Shown here: positions 62,416-64,000 of the stretch, one piece after another
Position numbering within the stretch: the stretch's first letter is position 1
Layout: each line of letters starts with the position of its first letter
DNA from: Trueperaceae bacterium
Lineage (GTDB): Bacteria; Deinococcota; Deinococci; Deinococcales; Trueperaceae
Length of the DNA: 64,000 nt
Assembly (NCBI GenBank): GCA_965213705.1
Contig: OZ243913.1
Location: 4,000,001-4,064,000 of the forward strand
Direction of reading: 5' to 3'
Notes under the pieces: model-generated
What the model was told of the DNA's origin: nothing
The model's input: the letters and a program-made list of their open reading frames with translations, nothing else
The model's database searches: none
Translations under genes and position numbers: made by a program

Positions 62416-63438
62416 ATGAAGCGTTTTGCTCTACTACTGAGTGCTCTGTTGCTTTTAGGCGCAGGTTTTACCCAAGACATGCACGGGGTCGAGCCGCTCG
62501 AGCCGCCTCAAGAAGTCTCGGTCGCCTACGTGCCCATCATGAAGTTCGCGCCGCTCTACGTCGCGGCGTCGCGCGGCCTGTTCGAGAAGTACGGTTTGAA
62601 CGTCGACATCAACCGGGTCGAGTCGGGTACCGAGGCGATTGCGTTTTTGACCGAGGGGCAAGTCGACGTGGGCGGCATAGCCATCGTCACCTCGCTCTGG
62701 AACGGTTGGAGCCAGGGCCTCGACCTGCGCATCATCGCGCCGGGGGGCTTGGAGCCGTTTGAGAACAGCCCGACGAAACTGTTGGCGCGCACGGGTCTTA
62801 TGGAGGACGGCACGGTTTCGAGCGTCGCCGACCTAGCAGGCAAAAACGTCGGCGTGGCGGGCGGCCCCGGCAGCGGCGGCGAGTACCTGGTCGCCAAGGC
62901 GCTCGAGCCCGCGGGTTTGACCATCCGCGACGTAAACCTTATCAACATCGGCAACGCCGACATGCCCGCGGCGTTTGAAAGCGGGGCGATTGACGCCGGA
63001 CTGTTGGGCTCACCCTACGCCGACCAAGTCGAAGCCGACGGCACCGGCACGCCGCTCGCTACCGACCTGACACCGGGACTCATGACGGTGGCTTTTGTGG
63101 GCTCGGGGCGGTTCGTCAACGAGCGTCCCGAAGTGGCGGAGCGCTTCGCGCTGGCGCTGCTCGAGGCCACCCGCATGATGCAAGGTGACGACTACCTGAG
63201 CGACGACAACGTCGCGGCGTACCTCGGTTACGTCAACACGACCGAAGAAGCCCTGCGCGCGGGCGCGCCCGTCGTCTACGACCCGGACGGCGTGATTCCC
63301 GTCGAGGGCTTGGCCGACGTCGAGCGCGTCCACCGCGAGAACGGCCGCACCGAGTACGACACGCCCATCGACCTGACGCAAGTCGTCGACACGACTTTTG
63401 TGGATTGGGCGCGGGAGCAACTGGGCGCAACTCAGTAA
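62416..63438 (+). CDS. ABC transporter substrate-binding protein (SsuA/TauA/THI5 type)
   Basis: Signal peptide; PLYVA..RGLF, SVADLAGK.VG, G.IDAG. Confidence 0.9.
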   Translation: MKRFALLLSALLLLGAGFTQDMHGVEPLEPPQEVSVAYVPIMKFAPLYVAASRGLFEKYGLNVDINRVESGTEAIAFLTEGQVDVGGIAIVTSLWNGWSQGLDLRIIAPGGLEPFENSPTKLLARTGLMEDGTVSSVADLAGKNVGVAGGPGSGGEYLVAKALEPAGLTIRDVNLINIGNADMPAAFESGAIDAGLLGSPYADQVEADGTGTPLATDLTPGLMTVAFVGSGRFVNERPEVAERFALALLEATRMMQGDDYLSDDNVAAYLGYVNTTEEALRAGAPVVYDPDGVIPVEGLADVERVHRENGRTEYDTPIDLTQVVDTTFVDWAREQLGATQ

Positions 63439-63455
63439 GCCGGAGATTTTTCGCC

Positions 63456-63477
63456 GGGGCGGGTTTGAAACCCGCCC
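63456..63477. repeat. Partial REP palindrome
   Basis: GGGGCGGGTTTGAAACCCGCCC, identical to the core of 8379-8407. Confidence 0.75.
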
Positions 63478-63495
63478 TTCTTCATGAGGTAAACC

Positions 63496-64000
63496 TTGCC
63501 CGCCAAAATCATTGCTCAACACGTCACCAAAACGTTTCCTTCCCTGGACGGCCCCGTCACCGCGCTGGATGACTTCAGTCTGGAGGTCGAGGACGGCGAG
63601 TTCGTGTGCGTGGTGGGGCCGTCGGGCTGCGGCAAGTCGACCTTTTTGCGCATCTTGGCGGGTCTCGAGCCCCTCAGCTCGGGCAGCGTCGACATCGAAC
63701 CGGGCGACGACCCGAGCAAACCCCTCAACAACGTCGTTTTTCAGGAGTACGCCATCTTCCCGTGGAAAACGGTCATCGACAACGTCGCTTTCGGACTTCA
63801 CATGCGCGGCGTGTCCAAAGGGGAGCGTTACGAGGTGGCGAACACTTGGCTGGCCCGAGTCGGCTTAAAGAAGTTCGCCTCTTACTACCCGGCGCAACTC
63901 TCGGGCGGGATGAAGCAGCGGGTGAGTATCGCTCGAGCGCTCGCCAACGACCCCGAAGTTTTGCTGATGGACGAGCCCCTGGGCGCGCTCGACGCGCAGA
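63496..64000 (+). CDS. ABC transporter ATP-binding protein (SsuB/TauB type), truncated by window end
   Basis: GPSGCGKST, VFQE, LSGGMKQR, LLMDEP. Confidence 0.93.
   Translation, partial: MPAKIIAQHVTKTFPSLDGPVTALDDFSLEVEDGEFVCVVGPSGCGKSTFLRILAGLEPLSSGSVDIEPGDDPSKPLNNVVFQEYAIFPWKTVIDNVAFGLHMRGVSKGERYEVANTWLARVGLKKFASYYPAQLSGGMKQRVSIARALANDPEVLLMDEPLGALDAQ

Overview
A 64 kb GC-rich chromosomal window, most likely from Deinococcota (Trueperaceae-like; inferred from the short Mfd, the archaeal-type non-discriminating AspRS, the many DinB paralogs and the Thermus/Deinococcus-type nuo genes). Housekeeping genes include aspS2, era, mfd, rsmI, a complete nuoA-N operon, tmk and gpsA. No rRNA, tRNA or CRISPR array was seen. 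The best candidates for new biology are: (1) a 12-gene DinB/VOC/GyrI/GNAT detoxification cluster followed by a lexA-like repressor, with the same ATGTCACGTG(A/C)C operator-like motif at both promoters; (2) an Asn/Asp leader-peptide attenuator upstream of the ND-AspRS; (3) a five-gene restriction-modification-like island (HPPY MTase, ParB/DGQHR protein, wHTH, MutH/Sau3AI-like nuclease, Dam) in a window where GATC looks depleted and CTCGAG looks enriched; (4) a RelBE-type module translationally spliced into the complex I operon, plus a NuoJ fused to a helix-hairpin-helix domain. The window also holds two MITEs, REP-type repeats, heptamer repeats, recurrent 15-bp tandem duplications and several pseudogenes. 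All calls come from reading the sequence; no searches were run.
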